Assembly: GCF_035084215.1 (NCBI RefSeq)
Contig: NC_090341.1
Location: forward strand, 16,926,001 to 16,990,000
Origin: Heptranchias perlo
Taxonomy: Eukaryota
DNA length: 64,000 bases
Direction of reading: 5' to 3'
The notes under the pieces were generated by a model. That model had not been told where the DNA came from. It was given only the letters and a program-made list of their open reading frames with translations, and ran no database searches. A program made the position numbers and the translations under genes. This document shows, piece by piece, positions 47,909 to 61,396 of this stretch. How positions within the stretch are numbered: position 1 is the first letter of the stretch; each line of letters begins with the position of its first letter.

Positions 47909-50671
47909 ATGGTTAAAAAAAGAATGATTCACTTAGGACTCAAAATGTGTTATAAAGCTAAATTTTAGGAACTTGTCGTATGCACATTACAGGGAGGACA
48001 TTTAAGGGGTGACAAGATTCATATCTATAAGATAATTTGGGAGTTAATGATACAGAGATTAGCTGCTTCTTTCAATGGTGATGGGTTCAAATTATACCTC
48101 CAAAAGCCAAGCTGTTGTTGAAGAGTGGCATAATCTAATCTAGTTAATGCTGCCTCAGTGTTTTCCTTCACAACGGGCCTCAATATTTTTGGCATGTTAA
48201 ACTGTGGGGAGATATAAAATTAATCATAGTACAGAAACAGAGACTGAATGACAAGTAGGTTTCATTTCTGAGTGTTGGGGACCACTGGAGATTTTTATTT
48301 ATTTATATTTTATAATGGACTGGAACAGTTTGATGGACACAGTGGTCTTTCCTTATTAGCAAACATATTCATGGCTCATGTTTCAGCACATAATTATAAC
48401 TTGTTACTAGATCTTAATTTGCTTAAAATGAGTATTTGCTCCACTTCTGTCATGCACTGATTGCTATTGATAAGCTGAATGTAGTGTAAATTGAATTTGC
48501 TGATGTTTTGCTACAGTGTTGCTGGGATGTGGTGGTGAGTTAATGTGTTGGTGGTCCTCTGCTAAGTAAGGTAACATTAAGTAGAAATCAGAAAAATATC
48601 TGCATTAGTGAAAACCAACGTGATTGAAATTGATATATGGCTTATCCTCTACTTCTGGTGAAAAGGAATAGAGTCTCAGGATTATAATTTTTTTAAGACT
48701 GTTGTTGCTATATTAAGCCATGTTTTTTAACATTTTTAAACTTTTTTTGCTGTAAAAGCTAAAGATATCTCACTCTTGAAAACTTGATGAAAATGATCAT
48801 CTTGATCATCCGGATTCTGTTTTGAAGACTAATTTGCAGTAGGAGCGGTCAAAACTGGGATGATGAACCTGAGTTTCCCTTCACAGGGAAAGTCAAGATA
48901 GGGCTGGATTTTTCAAACTTTGAAAGTGGACAGATAACCTGCAGTGGCCTCTTTCAGTCCTGCGTCTTATACATTCCTACTTTCCTAAGTCTAGGGATGA
49001 CTTCACAAACATTTCAAAAAACAGGTCTCTACTGGGCATTAGATGAAATATGTACTGCAGCATGTGCTATATCTGCTATAATGTAATTTTATTAAAAGGT
49101 TAAACATTTTTGGCAGAAACAATCAATTGCACAGTAATGTCACTGCATCCTGATCAAGTTATTGTGTCTATTTTTGTTTTGAAACCTGACTGAGTATTAA
49201 AAGAATTTTACTAAGTGGGTGATGTCCCTTTTTGCCATCTGAATATATATATATATATATATATATTTAAATATACACACATACATAGAGAGTGAACCCC
49301 AGGTGAAGGCCAAAGCTGAACAGATAAGATGAACTAAGTGAAGAAGCAGTAGTAAGGTAATGTCAAACATAGGTTTTAAAACCCTGCAGACTTTAGTGGA
49401 AGACTGAAGGAGGTAAGGAGCTCCAGAACTTTGAGGTCATGTAAGTCATGAGCTGGAGTAGAAGACATTGCAATGATTTCAATATACCAAGGATTCAGGG
49501 AGGAGGAAACACATGTAGGGTCACATATTTGGAGCTTAAGAAGGACAAGAGAAGAAAGTTCAGAGGAACAATGGCCATAGTAGCATTGATTTTGAATTAG
49601 AACAGTTTGGAGGCTAAAGATGACAGAATGATCACTTAACAGATAATAGTCATTTTCTTGAATCCTATTCAGAAATGTGAGAGGTGTTAGAATAACCAAT
49701 CCAGATGTGGAAACAGTATTCAAGTCATTCAGACTTGGGTTTCATAGGCAGTTAATAATTGTTGAGGGGAAAAAGTAGTTTTCATTTACTAACTCTGTCA
49801 CAGCTAGAAATCAATACTGTTGTTTCCACAATTATACAATTATAAAGTGTTCCATGAATCATACAAAAGATAACTTTGCACAATGATTTATCGAACCAAA
49901 CATATCTTTGGGGAAAAAAATCCACATTATTTGTTGTGACATTCTTCCTTCTTTGATTGCAAAGAAACAAGTTTCACACAACACAGAAGTGACAATCTCA
50001 AAATTAAAATGAAACGAAAGATGAATGGGGTAACCGATGATTGAACAAGTGTTTATATTTCTGGTAACTTTCAAACTACTGCCGCTATTATCGCCTGCGC
50101 ACTGCACTACTGTCACGCCTATTTCTTCTCACTTAGATCACAATAAAAACGTAACAGGATATCACATAGTTTATAATGCGAATTCTACCAGTTTTCATAC
50201 AAAAATAATGTAACTCAGCCGCTGCTCTGTGAATGAAAACCAGATTGTTTTTAAACCCCAGCCTCTCTGGGTACGTAATGGAAAAATCTCAGTCACTTTC
50301 AGATCAACTTGAACCTCTCCCGCAGACTACTTTTTTACTTAACAGCCTCTGTTGTTTTCCGTGCTTAACAAATGTGAAAGGATGAACATGAGACAAATAG
50401 GTTAATCGATCAAATCGTACGCAGTAAATACATACCATTGGAGGCAAAGCGAAAAATAACGCAGATAGGGATTAAATTAGGAGAATGTATATTATCCAGT
50501 AAAAAGTTTTTTAAAAAGTCAATTTATAAAGGAGTGTATTATACTCAAGTTCAACTTTCGTGTTTAACGTTTTATGAGACATTTTAAGATAACGGATCCT
50601 GAGCTGAACCCTGTTGGTAAACTCTTTTTTTCTTTTGGTAAGTGAAAATATGACTCTCTGGGTCGGGTGCT

Positions 50672-51852
50672 CCTTGCCGGGAGTGCCCCCCTGCCCGGGA
50701 GAGTGCCCCCCTGCCTGGGAGAGCGCCCCTTCCCGGGAGAGCGCCCACTGCCCGGGACTGTGCCCCTCTGCCCGGGAGAGCGCCCCCCTGCCTGGGAGTG
50801 TGCCCCCCTGCCCGGGAGTGTGCCCCCTGCCCAGGAGAGCACCCCCCCGCCTGGGAGAGCGCCCCCCCCGCCTGGGAGAGCGCCCCCCCCGCCTGGGAGA
50901 GCGCCCCCCCGCCCGGGAGAGCGCCCCCCTGCCCGGGAGTGTGCCCCTGCCTGGGAGTGCCCCCCTGCCCGGGAGAGTGCCCCCCTGCCCGGGAGAGTGC
51001 CCCCTGCCCGGGAGAGTGCCCCCTGCCCGGGAGAGTGCCGCACTCACACCCCCTGCCCGGGAGAGTGCCCCCTTGCCCAGGAGAGTGCCGCACTCACACC
51101 CCCTGCCCGGGAGAGTGCCCACTTGCCCGGGAGAGTGCCGCACTCACACCCCCTGCCCGGGAGAGTGCCCCCCGTCCGGGAGAGAGCCGCACTCAAACCC
51201 CCTGCCCGGGAGAGTGCCCCCCTGTCCGGGAGAGTGCCGCGCTCACACCCCCTGCCCGGGAGAGTGCCGCACTCACACCCCCTGCCCGGGAGAGTGCCCC
51301 CCTGTCCGGGAGAGAGCCGCACTCACACCCCCTGCCCGGGAGAGTGCCCCCTGCCCGGGAGAGTGCCGCGCTCACACCCCCTGCCCGGGAGAGTGCCGCG
51401 CTCACACCCCCTGCCCGGGAGAGTGCCGCGCTCACACCCCCTGCCCGGGAGAGTGCCCCCTGCCCGGGAGAGTGCCACACTCACACCCCCTGCCCGGGAG
51501 AGTGCCCCCTGCCCGGGAGAGTGCCCCCCTGTCCGGGAGAGTGCCACACTCACACCCCCTGCCCGGGAGAGTGCCCCCCTGTCCGGGAGAGTGCCACACT
51601 CACACCCCCTGCCCGGGAGAGTGCCCCCCTGTCCGGGAGAGAGCCCCACTCACACCCTCTGCCCGGGAGAGTGCCCCCCTGCCCGGGAGAGAGCCCCACT
51701 CACACCCTCTGCCCGGGAGAGTGCCCCCCTGCCCGGGAGAGAGCCCCACTCACACCCCCTGCCCGGGAGAGAGCCCCACTCACACCCCCTGCCCGGGAGA
51801 GAGCCCCACTCACACCCCCTGCCCGGGAGAGAGCCCCACTCACACCCTCTGC
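50672..51852. repeat. GC-rich minisatellite (core CCCTGCCCGGGAGAGTGC; about 18-20 bp and 30 bp variants)
   Basis: Dozens of tandem units; the longer units add CGCACTCACAC. Confidence 0.97.
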
Positions 51853-51889
51853 ACTCATTAATTCTCTGATAACTTTTTCACGTTGCTGT

Positions 51890-52361
51890 TCCTCCCGGTG
51901 AAGTGAGCACCTGACAGCGATTCCCACCAATCGGCGCTCCGCTGGCGCATCACGTGTCGCGGTTATGGAGCATCCCATAATCATTATTTGCAAACTGTAA
52001 TTAAACCTTCGGAATCATTAAAGTAAATGACACCTCATTCCATTCCCCCTTTTATTTTAACCACATCAACGTTCATTAATATCCCCAGTTGTTTGGCTGC
52101 AATGTCACTCTCGTGTTTTTTTTAAAATAACACATTATAGATATTTATATATTTATATATATATATATTCGGTGTGAAATGGGTGGTTAGTTGAAGCGCC
52201 ATTGTGGGTGAGAGTGTTTTTAAATGGGTTTTTTTTGGTGCATTTTTCAGTCAGTCAGTGCTGAGGAGCTGTGGTGACAGCAGCACTCAGTCACTCACCC
52301 TCCCACCCACCCACACTAACGCAGGGAACCAGCCGGCACCGTCTTAACACACACTGAACAG
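51890..52361 (+). promoter_or_regulatory. Probable Pol II promoter and non-coding first exon
   Basis: Local CpG cluster, CCAAT (51927-51931), E-box CACGTG (51951-51956), Inr-like TCAGT repeats near 52250, and donor CAG|GTAGG at 52361. Confidence 0.4.
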
Positions 52362-55129
52362 GTAGGAGCAAGAACATTATTCTTTCTGTAGGTACCTCAT
52401 TTTGAACGTGTTAATATTATTTTGTGGAAGCACCGCTGCTCGTTTTTTCCCCCTCCCCTTGCAGCCTTATTTTATGTGTTGTCTGACCTTGAGGTGGTGG
52501 TGATGTACTACAGCAGCTTCTAATGCAACGCTGTTCCATTTCAACATGTACAGATTTGAGTTAGCTGGGAAGAGTGAGTGTGTCCAGTTTGCAGCAATGA
52601 AACCATGCTAATGAACTGCACTGTACTATAAATCATTTTTATTCTAAACCTTTCTGTTATTTTAATATTGAACGTTACAGCTGATTGTCCACTCTACATC
52701 GATGGTGGGGAACGTTTGTATGCAATTATGTTTTTTAATATTCATTTTGCTACTTGTTAATTTTGATACAATATTAGCTGCCTATAAGTTATTTCAGTCG
52801 CTAGTTCAGTGCTCGGCCACATAATGTAGATGCTGTTTTATCAAAGATAAATATATTTTGAATTTACTGAATGTCTGAATATATATGTACTTTGTAGTAA
52901 ACCTTACAATTTATCTAGATAATTAAAGTTTTGATTGTCTCTGAAGGTGCTGATACAATATAATGTCATATATAAACACGGCATTCTATTAGTACCAATC
53001 TGTTATAGAACTTGCAAGTAATCTGTAGTCCATACAGGTGAAAATATATAAATTGTAATACTCATTTACATGCTGTTTTTTCACATAAGCTCTGCATTGT
53101 TATATGCGGCATTTTGCATCTGTTAAATTTATATGCAGCCAGTGTTTAATTAGCGATTGGTAACATAGTCCATAAAAAAAGTCATTTTTCTTTTTCATAT
53201 GAGTGGATTATTTTACAATAGAGTGGAAGACAGTGAAAATATGTAGTATGCAGAGTTTATCTGAAAGACTGCATATAAAGAGTTACATAATTTTGTATAT
53301 TTTCATCCGTATAGAGCCTGCTGTATATTTTACAACATCAGATTGTAGTACGGTACCTTAGGAGAGACATTTAAATGTTGCAGAAAACTTACTTAGTTTT
53401 GTGTAGTTTCAACCTCATTGGGTAAATGATGGAGGTATATGAGAGTTAAATAAGTAACCAGCATTTTATATTATCTCTATCAACTTGCTACAAGAGGTAA
53501 TAATTAACTGTCCTTATTTTCTGTTTCTCCCTCCTTTCATCTCCTTTTCCTGAAACGGCTTTGCTAATTTGGTTTGTTTAGTCATATTATTTTGTTCAAG
53601 TGTCTGTAATCTAGTTGTGTGTAGTTCCTGCATTTACATTCTGGACTAGTGATCTGGAATCATTTTTGTCATAATAGGTACTGACTGAATGTTGTCTATT
53701 CAGCTATTGTGTTATTCTTCAGACCTTGCTTGTGTGTCTCTCAGAACATTCACAACATGAGCCCTAGCTCAGTTGGAAAATTATAGCTACTTAAATATGT
53801 GTTCAACGTTTCTTAGTGATAGACACAGCCACTCAATTGTAGTTGTATTTGGCAAACAGTAATCCTTTGAAATAACTGTACAGCTTCATTTTTACAGCAA
53901 TTATTTTATAGATGTTATTAAAACAATGTATCTGCCTGATATTCTGTGAAGAAAGGAAGTAAGCGATCACTAGGTTAAGTATTTCAAATATCATTGAACT
54001 ATTACCCCGATTAAAATAATTGCATGTATGAATGTTGAGATGGGTTTTTCTTTTGCTTTGATATGAATTTCTGAGTCTTTACTAGGTTAAATTGTGTGGC
54101 TTATTCAGATATGTGTTCAGTGGGGAGTACTCAAATGGAAAGACCTGCACTCTGTGTGATAGACAACACTGGGAGCATGTTATATTATGACAAAAGATGT
54201 ACAACACAATTTAGTCTTCTGTCGCGATATGCCTGTGGTAAAAGCAAAATATTTTAAAATTTTTATGCTGTGATCCATTTGTTCCCTACAAAAATGTTAT
54301 TTTTTGCATATAACTGAAGATATACTGGAATTTAACACACCATTTCCATTTGTGAATGATGCAAAAATAGGTCTTGCAGTGCAAATAACCTTTTGTAATA
54401 TTTGTATTTCTAAAGGAAAAGCAATATTGACAAAAGCATAATGACATCTTGACATGAATAAGGAGACTGGATTTCAACATCCGACAGTCTGCTGGATCAC
54501 ATATCTATCAATCTAGAATGCAGGGAAATGCATATTTTGCAGATTGATCATTTTTAAAATAAGAATACCATGAAAGGGTCTTGCTCTCTATTTTATGAGA
54601 TGCCGTACAGGTCATTGTTATAATGTGGATTTCTACAATTACTCCAATGATATCGATTTCACACTTGGGCCACTTGAGGCTTAATTTTTGCAGGCTTGCT
54701 GTCAAATGGTAACATAATTATTTAAAGAAATCCAAGTGACATTTGGATTAGACTGGACTGAAGTCTAGTTTCCTCCAGTTGGCACTGGTGTGACCTCAGG
54801 TGACTCAGACTCAATTTCAAAATAATAATAATACAAACAGAAGTAGACTTCTTTTACATTTAATTTTGTATTTATTAAATATGTACACTTTAAAACTCAA
54901 TAATACGGCTCTGACTATCAGATATCTCAGACTTCTTTATACTGATAGTGATTTTTTTTTTGTTAATTTTGGAGAGGTATCTGCCAAACTTAAACATATT
55001 ATAAAATGAAAGAAATGCAATGGACAACATAGAATGCAGCATTCACCATAACTTGTATTAAATTAATTTAATGTTGGAGATCATATGAGCCAACTGACTC
55101 TCAATTCATATTCAGAGCTTGAGCACAGA

Positions 55130-58100
55130 AGTTGAGGAAGACACAGAGTGAACCTGTAACAGAGTGAAGCGCCAACAGGGTGAGGACATTGGTTGCAGAA
55201 GGGGAAGGAGGTGCTAAGTGATTTAAATCAAAGAACTTTAGACTAAGATTCCGCTGAGCGGAGCATAAAGGGAGCTGCACGAGGAATCACAGCGAGGCAA
55301 GGAGGAGTGCCGAGGGTAAGTCAGTAAGTATTTAGTTCATTGGTTAGTGTTTTTAGTTTTTAGTGGTTATTGGGGATAGAAGGAGCGGCAGCAGAGGCCC
55401 AAGAGCAGAAGGAGCGGGACCAGTGACCGAGAGCAGAACGGGACCAGTGACCGAGAGCAGAACGGGACCAGTGACCGAGAGCAGAGCGGGGATATAAAGC
55501 TGAGACCACTTCTAACACAGGCAGAAGTTTGAAAGAGTGACCACAGAGGACAGCAGGTTGGTGACTGGTTGGTGAGTAATACATTTTTTTGCTCTCTAAG
55601 CTAGGGGAGTGGTTTAAACAAGGAACCTATAACTTGCTAATACTTTATTAAATTAATAACTTAAACTAGATCAATTAGTTTAAAAAATAAACCATGTGAA
55701 TTCATTATATAAAAACTTTAAGTAAATAAATAAAACCAGGTTAGATAGAGATGGCAGTGCAGGTGGTGTGTCATAACTGCAGCATGTGGAAGTTTGTGGA
55801 GAGCAGCGTGATCCCAGGCAATCACATCTGCAGTAAATGTCTGCAACTCAAGGAACTTCGGCTCAGAGTTGTTGAGCTGGAGTCCGAGATGCAGACATTA
55901 AGATTCATCAGGGAGGGAGAGAGTTACCTGGACACTTTGAGCCAGGGGGCAGTCACACCCCTTAGGTTAGGTAGTGGTCAGGGACAGGAGGATGTGACTG
56001 CGAATCAGGCAGGTAAAGGGTCCCCAGATTCAGTGATGGAGGAGCCTCAGCCTTTGCCCTTGTCCAACAGGTACGGGGTACTTGCTACCTGTATGGATGA
56101 GAACAAAGATTGCAGGGAGGATGGGCAAATTGACCACGGCACTGTGGTACAGGAGGCCATTCAGGTGGGGGGAGTGAATAGGAATGTGATAGTGTTAGGG
56201 GATAGTATAGTCAGGGGGTTAGACACTGTTCTCTGCAGCCATGACCTGGAGCCCTGAAGGCTGTGGGATCTGCCTGGTGCCAGGGTTAAAGACAGATCCT
56301 TGTGGCTGGAAAAAAACTTGAAGCCTGAGGGGGAGGATCCAGTTGTTGTGGTCCACGTAGGTACCAACGAAATAGGTAGAACTAGGAATGAGGTTCTGCT
56401 GAGGGAGTTTGAGGAGCTAGGGTCCAAATTAAAAAGTAGAACCTCAAAGGTAATAATCTCTGGATTACTACCTGAGCCATGCACAAATTGGCAGAGGGAC
56501 AAACAGATTTGATGATTAAGTGTGTGGCTGAAAGAGTGGTGTGGGAAGCAGGTGTTTCAAATAATGGGCCACTGACACCAGTACTGGGAAAGAGGGAGCT
56601 GTTTCTTTGAGATGGGCTGTTCTGAAACGGGCTGGGACCATTGTCTGGTGAATCGAATAACTAGAGAGGTAGATAGGGCTTTAAACTAATAAGAATGGGG
56701 GAGAGTTCAGGTATGGGTAAATTTATAAGTCTAAAGAGAAAAGTTAAGGCTGTAGGGCAGAGTAGCGATTTGGGTAAAAACAAGCAGAGTGTGTCAGGAA
56801 GGGACAGAGAGTTTAACAAAGGTGATAGGGCATTAATGACGAAGGTCACATCAGGGAAAAATAGTAAAAAGTTAAAATTAAGTGCTATATCTAAATGCAC
56901 AAAGCATTCGTAACAAGATAGATGCATTAATGGCACAAATAGAGATAAATGGATTTGATCTAGTAGCCATTACTGAGACGTGGTTGCAGGTTGACCGAGG
57001 TTGGGAATTAAATATTCCCGGGTACTTCACTTTTAGAAAAGACCGGCAAAATGGAAAAGGGGTGGGGGGGTAGCCCTGATAATAAAGGATGAGATGAAGG
57101 CAGTAGTGAGAAAGGATCTTAGCTCAGAAAATCAAGATGTAGGATCAGTATGGGTGGAGTTGAGAAATAACAAGGGGCAGAAAACACTGGTGGGAATAGT
57201 TTATAGGCCCCCTACCAGTAGTTAGTGTTGGACAGAGTGTAAATCAGAAAATTAGAGGAGCATGTAACAAGGATAATGCAATAATTGTGAATGACTTCAA
57301 TCTTCATATAGATTGGGCAAACCAAATTGGCAAAAGTAATTTGGAGGATGAGTTCATGGAATGCATTCAAGACAGTTTTCTAGAACAATATGTTGAGGAA
57401 CCAATTAGGGAACAGGCTATTTTAGATCTAGTATTGTGTAATGAGACAGGGTTAATTAGTAATCTTATGGCTAAGGATCCTCTGGGGCAGAGTGATCATA
57501 ATATGATAGAATTTCATATTGAGTTTGAGAGTGATGTAGTTAAGTCCAAAACTAGGGTCCTAAATTTAAACAAAGCCAATTACATAGGTATGAGGGCGAA
57601 TTGGCTAAGGTAGATTGGGAAATTAGATTAAATGATATGACGGTAAATAAGCAATGGCGAACATTTAAAGAAAAAATTCCTAATTCTCAATGAGTATACA
57701 TTCTCTTGAGGAATAAAAACTCTATGGGAAAAATAATCCAACCGTGGCTAACTAGAGAAGTTAAGGACAGTATTAGATTAAAAGAAGATGCTTACAATTT
57801 TGCCAAAAAGAGTAGTAAGCCTGAGGGTTTTAGAAATCAGCAAGAAATTGATATTGAATGAGAGTTAACTAGCAAGAAATATAAAAACAGATTGTAAGAG
57901 CATCTACAAATAGGTAAAAAGGAAGAGATTAGCAAAAGTAAATGTGCATCCCTTAGAGATAGAGACAGAGACAGAAGAAATTATAATAGGGAATAAGGAA
58001 ATGGCAGAGACGTTAAACAAATATTTTGTATCTGTCTTCACAGTAGAAGACGCAAAAAACATAGTGGGAATCAAGGGTCTAATGAAAGTGAGGAACTTAA

Positions 58101-59505
58101 GTGATTAAGAGTAGTAAAGAAAAAGTACTGGAGAAATTAATGGGACTAAAAGCCTACAAACCCCCTGGACCTGATGGCCTACATCTGAGGGTTTTAAAAG
58201 AGGTGGCGGCAGAGATAGCGGATGCATTGGTTCTGATCTTCCAGAATTCCCTAGATTCTAGAATGGTCCCCGTGGAAGGTAGCAAATGTAAACCCGCTAT
58301 TCAAGAAAGAAGGGAGAGAGAAAACAGGGAACTATAGGCCAGTTAGCCTGACATCAGTGGTAGGGAAAGTGTTAGAATCTATTATTAAGAACGTAGTAAC
58401 AGGGCACTTAGAAAATCATAATATGATTAGGCAGAGTCAACAAGGTTTTATGACAGGGAAGTCGAGTTTGACCAATCAATTAGAGTTTGTTGAGGGTGTA
58501 ACTAGCAATTTCTTGGTCATTTAAGGGGGAACCAGTGAATGTAGTATATTTGGATTTTCAAAAGGCATTCGATAAGGTGCCACACAAGAGGTTGTTACAC
58601 AAGATTAGGGCTCATGGGATTAGGGGTATTATTAGCGTGGATTGAGGATTGGTGATTGGTTTACGGACAGAAAGCAGAGAAAGGAATAAACGAGTCAATT
58701 TCGGAAATGTGAAATTATCCACTTTTTAGTAGGAAGAATAGAAAAGAAGAATATTTTTTAAAAGGCGAAAGACTAAGACATGTTGGTAGTCAGAGGGATT
58801 TGGGTGTCCTTGTACTTGAATCACAGAAAGTTAACATGCAGGTACAGCAAGCAATCAGGAAGGCAAATGGTATGTTAGCCTTTATTGCAAGGGGGTTGGA
58901 GTATAAGAGTAAGGAGGTCTTGTGCAATTATATAGGGCTCTGGTGGGATCACACCTGGAGTACTGTGTACTGTTTTGGTCTCCTTATCTAAGGAGGGATA
59001 TACATGCCTTGAGGGGGGGTGCAACAAAGGTTCACTACATTGATTTCTGGGACGAGAGGGTTGTCCTATGAGGAGTGATTGAATAGAATGGGCCTATATT
59101 CTCTGGAGTTTAGAAGAATGAGAGGTGATCTCATTGAAATGTATAAAATTCTCAGAGCTTGACAGGTTAGATGCTGAGAGGCTGTTTCCCCTGGCTGGAG
59201 AGTCTAGAACTAGGGGTCGTAGCCTCAAGATAAGGGGTCAGCTATTTAGGACCGAGATGAGGAAAAAATTTTCAATCAGAGGGTTGTGAATCTTTGGAAT
59301 TCTCTACCCCAGAGAGTTGTGGATGCTCAGTTGTTGAGTATATTCAAGACTGAGATTGCTGGATATTTGGACACTACGAGAATCAAATGATAGGGCGGCA
59401 AAGTGGAGTTGAGGTGGACGATCAACCATGATCTTATTGAATGGCGGAGCAGGCTCGAGGAGCTGTATAGCCTACTCCTGCTCCTATTTCTTATGTTCTT
59501 GTATC
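55130..59505 (+). mobile_element. Near full-length degenerate CR1 (5' UTR, ORF1 55751-56689, ORF2 to about 59400)
   Basis: MAVQVVCHNCSMW...CSKC, LGDSIVR, HVGTNEI, RALN*; LYLNAQSIRNK, DFQKAFDKVPH; CR1 tail. 5' boundary approximate. Confidence 0.92.
55415..55486 (+). repeat. 3 x 24 bp tandem repeat in the CR1 5' UTR
   Basis: CGGGACCAGTGACCGAGAGCAGAA repeated three times. Confidence 0.9.
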
Positions 59506-61034
59506 TTTTTTGGGTTGCGTCCCAAAATGTGGCAGCTTTGCATGATTAAATCAATTCTATAACCTTTATAGAAAAGGTCAGACGAGAAGTAAATCTTCCC
59601 AAATATTCCAACTTCTTGTTGCAAAAATTGACATTTAGCAAAAAATGACTGACTGTGAGACCGCTGGGACCTAAATTGTCTATGGGATTATCATCAGAAG
59701 TTTTGAGTAATACTGCTGAGGCCAACTTAATGCATGTTTTCTTCACTGCCAGGAAAATGTATTGCCTTAACGTGGAAGATTCTCTCATTAAGCTATTATG
59801 GCATATTATACAGTAAGGAACCAGTTCTATACCACACATACAAATGGCTTGGAGAGATGAAGCACCTGTTCCTTAAATTTTACTGCCAATCTCTACCTGT
59901 ATTCAGCAGAAAACTAGTAGAGTCGATTCTTCACTAGAAAACGGCACAAGACTAAACATTTTCTGCTCAGAATAATTGTAGTCAATTGTGGCTATTATCT
60001 TTTTGTTGTTCTCAAATGTATTTTTCCTCGATGTGATGAAGCATTTTAACAAATATTTTATTGGCAATTGGATGCTATGATGGGGAGTGACTATGTTTTT
60101 CTGGATGAATGCACAAATGGCCTTCCTCATCTGCATTTATCAATGCAACATATCCATCCTCCTGAATGAATGTTGTTTTCTGAAGGGTTCAAGCTTGTGA
60201 AACATCACTCCTTTTTGGTCAAAAATTTGTCTCAGTAAACCTCAAACAGAGTTTTATTAAAACGTTGGAACCTGTCAAAGTCTCTCTTGCTTGTAAAATC
60301 CAATTTCTGTAATCCTCTGTGTTTCTAGAAAAATTCCTAACAGTAAGTTCTATTGTTTTTCTTACATATAAATTGCCAATATTTCACTCAATATAAAATC
60401 TGAAAATGGAATATTCCAGTAATTAAAATGATAAATGACTGAGAAAGAATTTAGTTGGATAGTCCTTGCTGCCAATCTTTACTCCAAACAGCTTTGTTTT
60501 CCAAACCCAATCGCCAAACTTATTTTGAGCATTTAAGAAGTACAGTTCAGCTCCCCTAATGCCTCTGTAAATAAGGCTGCAGTTATATTACCATTTCACA
60601 TCAATGCAAATCATTTTGATATGCACAGGAGGACAAAAGTGACAGCATAACTTTTGAATCGGGTCCCAATTTGACTCTGCAATGCGCTAAAGTCATGCAA
60701 GTTCCCTCTGGGAGGTCATCTCACACCATTTCGGCTTTGCACCGGGGGGAGTGTAACTTCATTGTGGTGTGACACCCGGTTTAAAAATGCTCAAGCATCT
60801 GGGCACTTTGAAAACGTACTGCAGAAAACTTTTAATATTATGAGCAATCAGATGAGATGCTGTCACTAGCTCTCCTAACATAAAACAATAACCACCAGTG
60901 GAGTGAAGCTCTGTGCATGCACAAAGCTGTCTCTTGTTTCACAACCAGGTGGAGGCCCCAATATAAGTTAGGACTTGGGTGCATTTTGCACTCTGCAGCT
61001 GCTAGTTTGATCGAGTATAAGCCTACATGCACCA

Positions 61035-61396
61035 CCTGGTGTAGCACTAAGCCATGCAGACCAGGACTAGTTTTGATCTCTATCATATGCTGAGTTAGTT
61101 GATTCCAGATGGGCAGCAGTAAGGGTAATGGAACTGACTTTGATTTTTCAGGTTTAGGAAATGGAAAAATCGGCTAAGATTTTTAAACCAGATAGTCACT
61201 TTCCACCAGAACAACAATGTGTGGATGCTGCATGAGGGTCAGGTTTAAGGTTGTGCAGTATCCATCCTACAGTTGGAAATTTTATCAACACTAACTCTCA
61301 AGGCTTACCAATAAAACAATGGACATTTGGCCAAGGTACTAGAGGTTTGCTGTTGATGTGGAAACTCTACCCCGACATGAGTCACTGCCTTCAGGT
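61035..61396 (+). mobile_element. Degenerate SINE-like repeat
   Basis: Shares blocks with 27478-27670. Confidence 0.5.

Noticed and set aside
49376-49723. 115 aa minus-strand ORF
   Set aside because: The LSDH and PWY remnants suggest a very old LINE relic rather than a gene; too weak to call.
50672-51852. CRISPR-like repeat array
   Set aside because: Units are contiguous without unique spacers, there are no cas genes, and the context is eukaryotic.
50511-51993. Long Pro/Gly/Arg-rich ORFs in all six frames (up to 415 aa)
   Set aside because: They arise from a stop-poor GC minisatellite; there is no evidence of coding.
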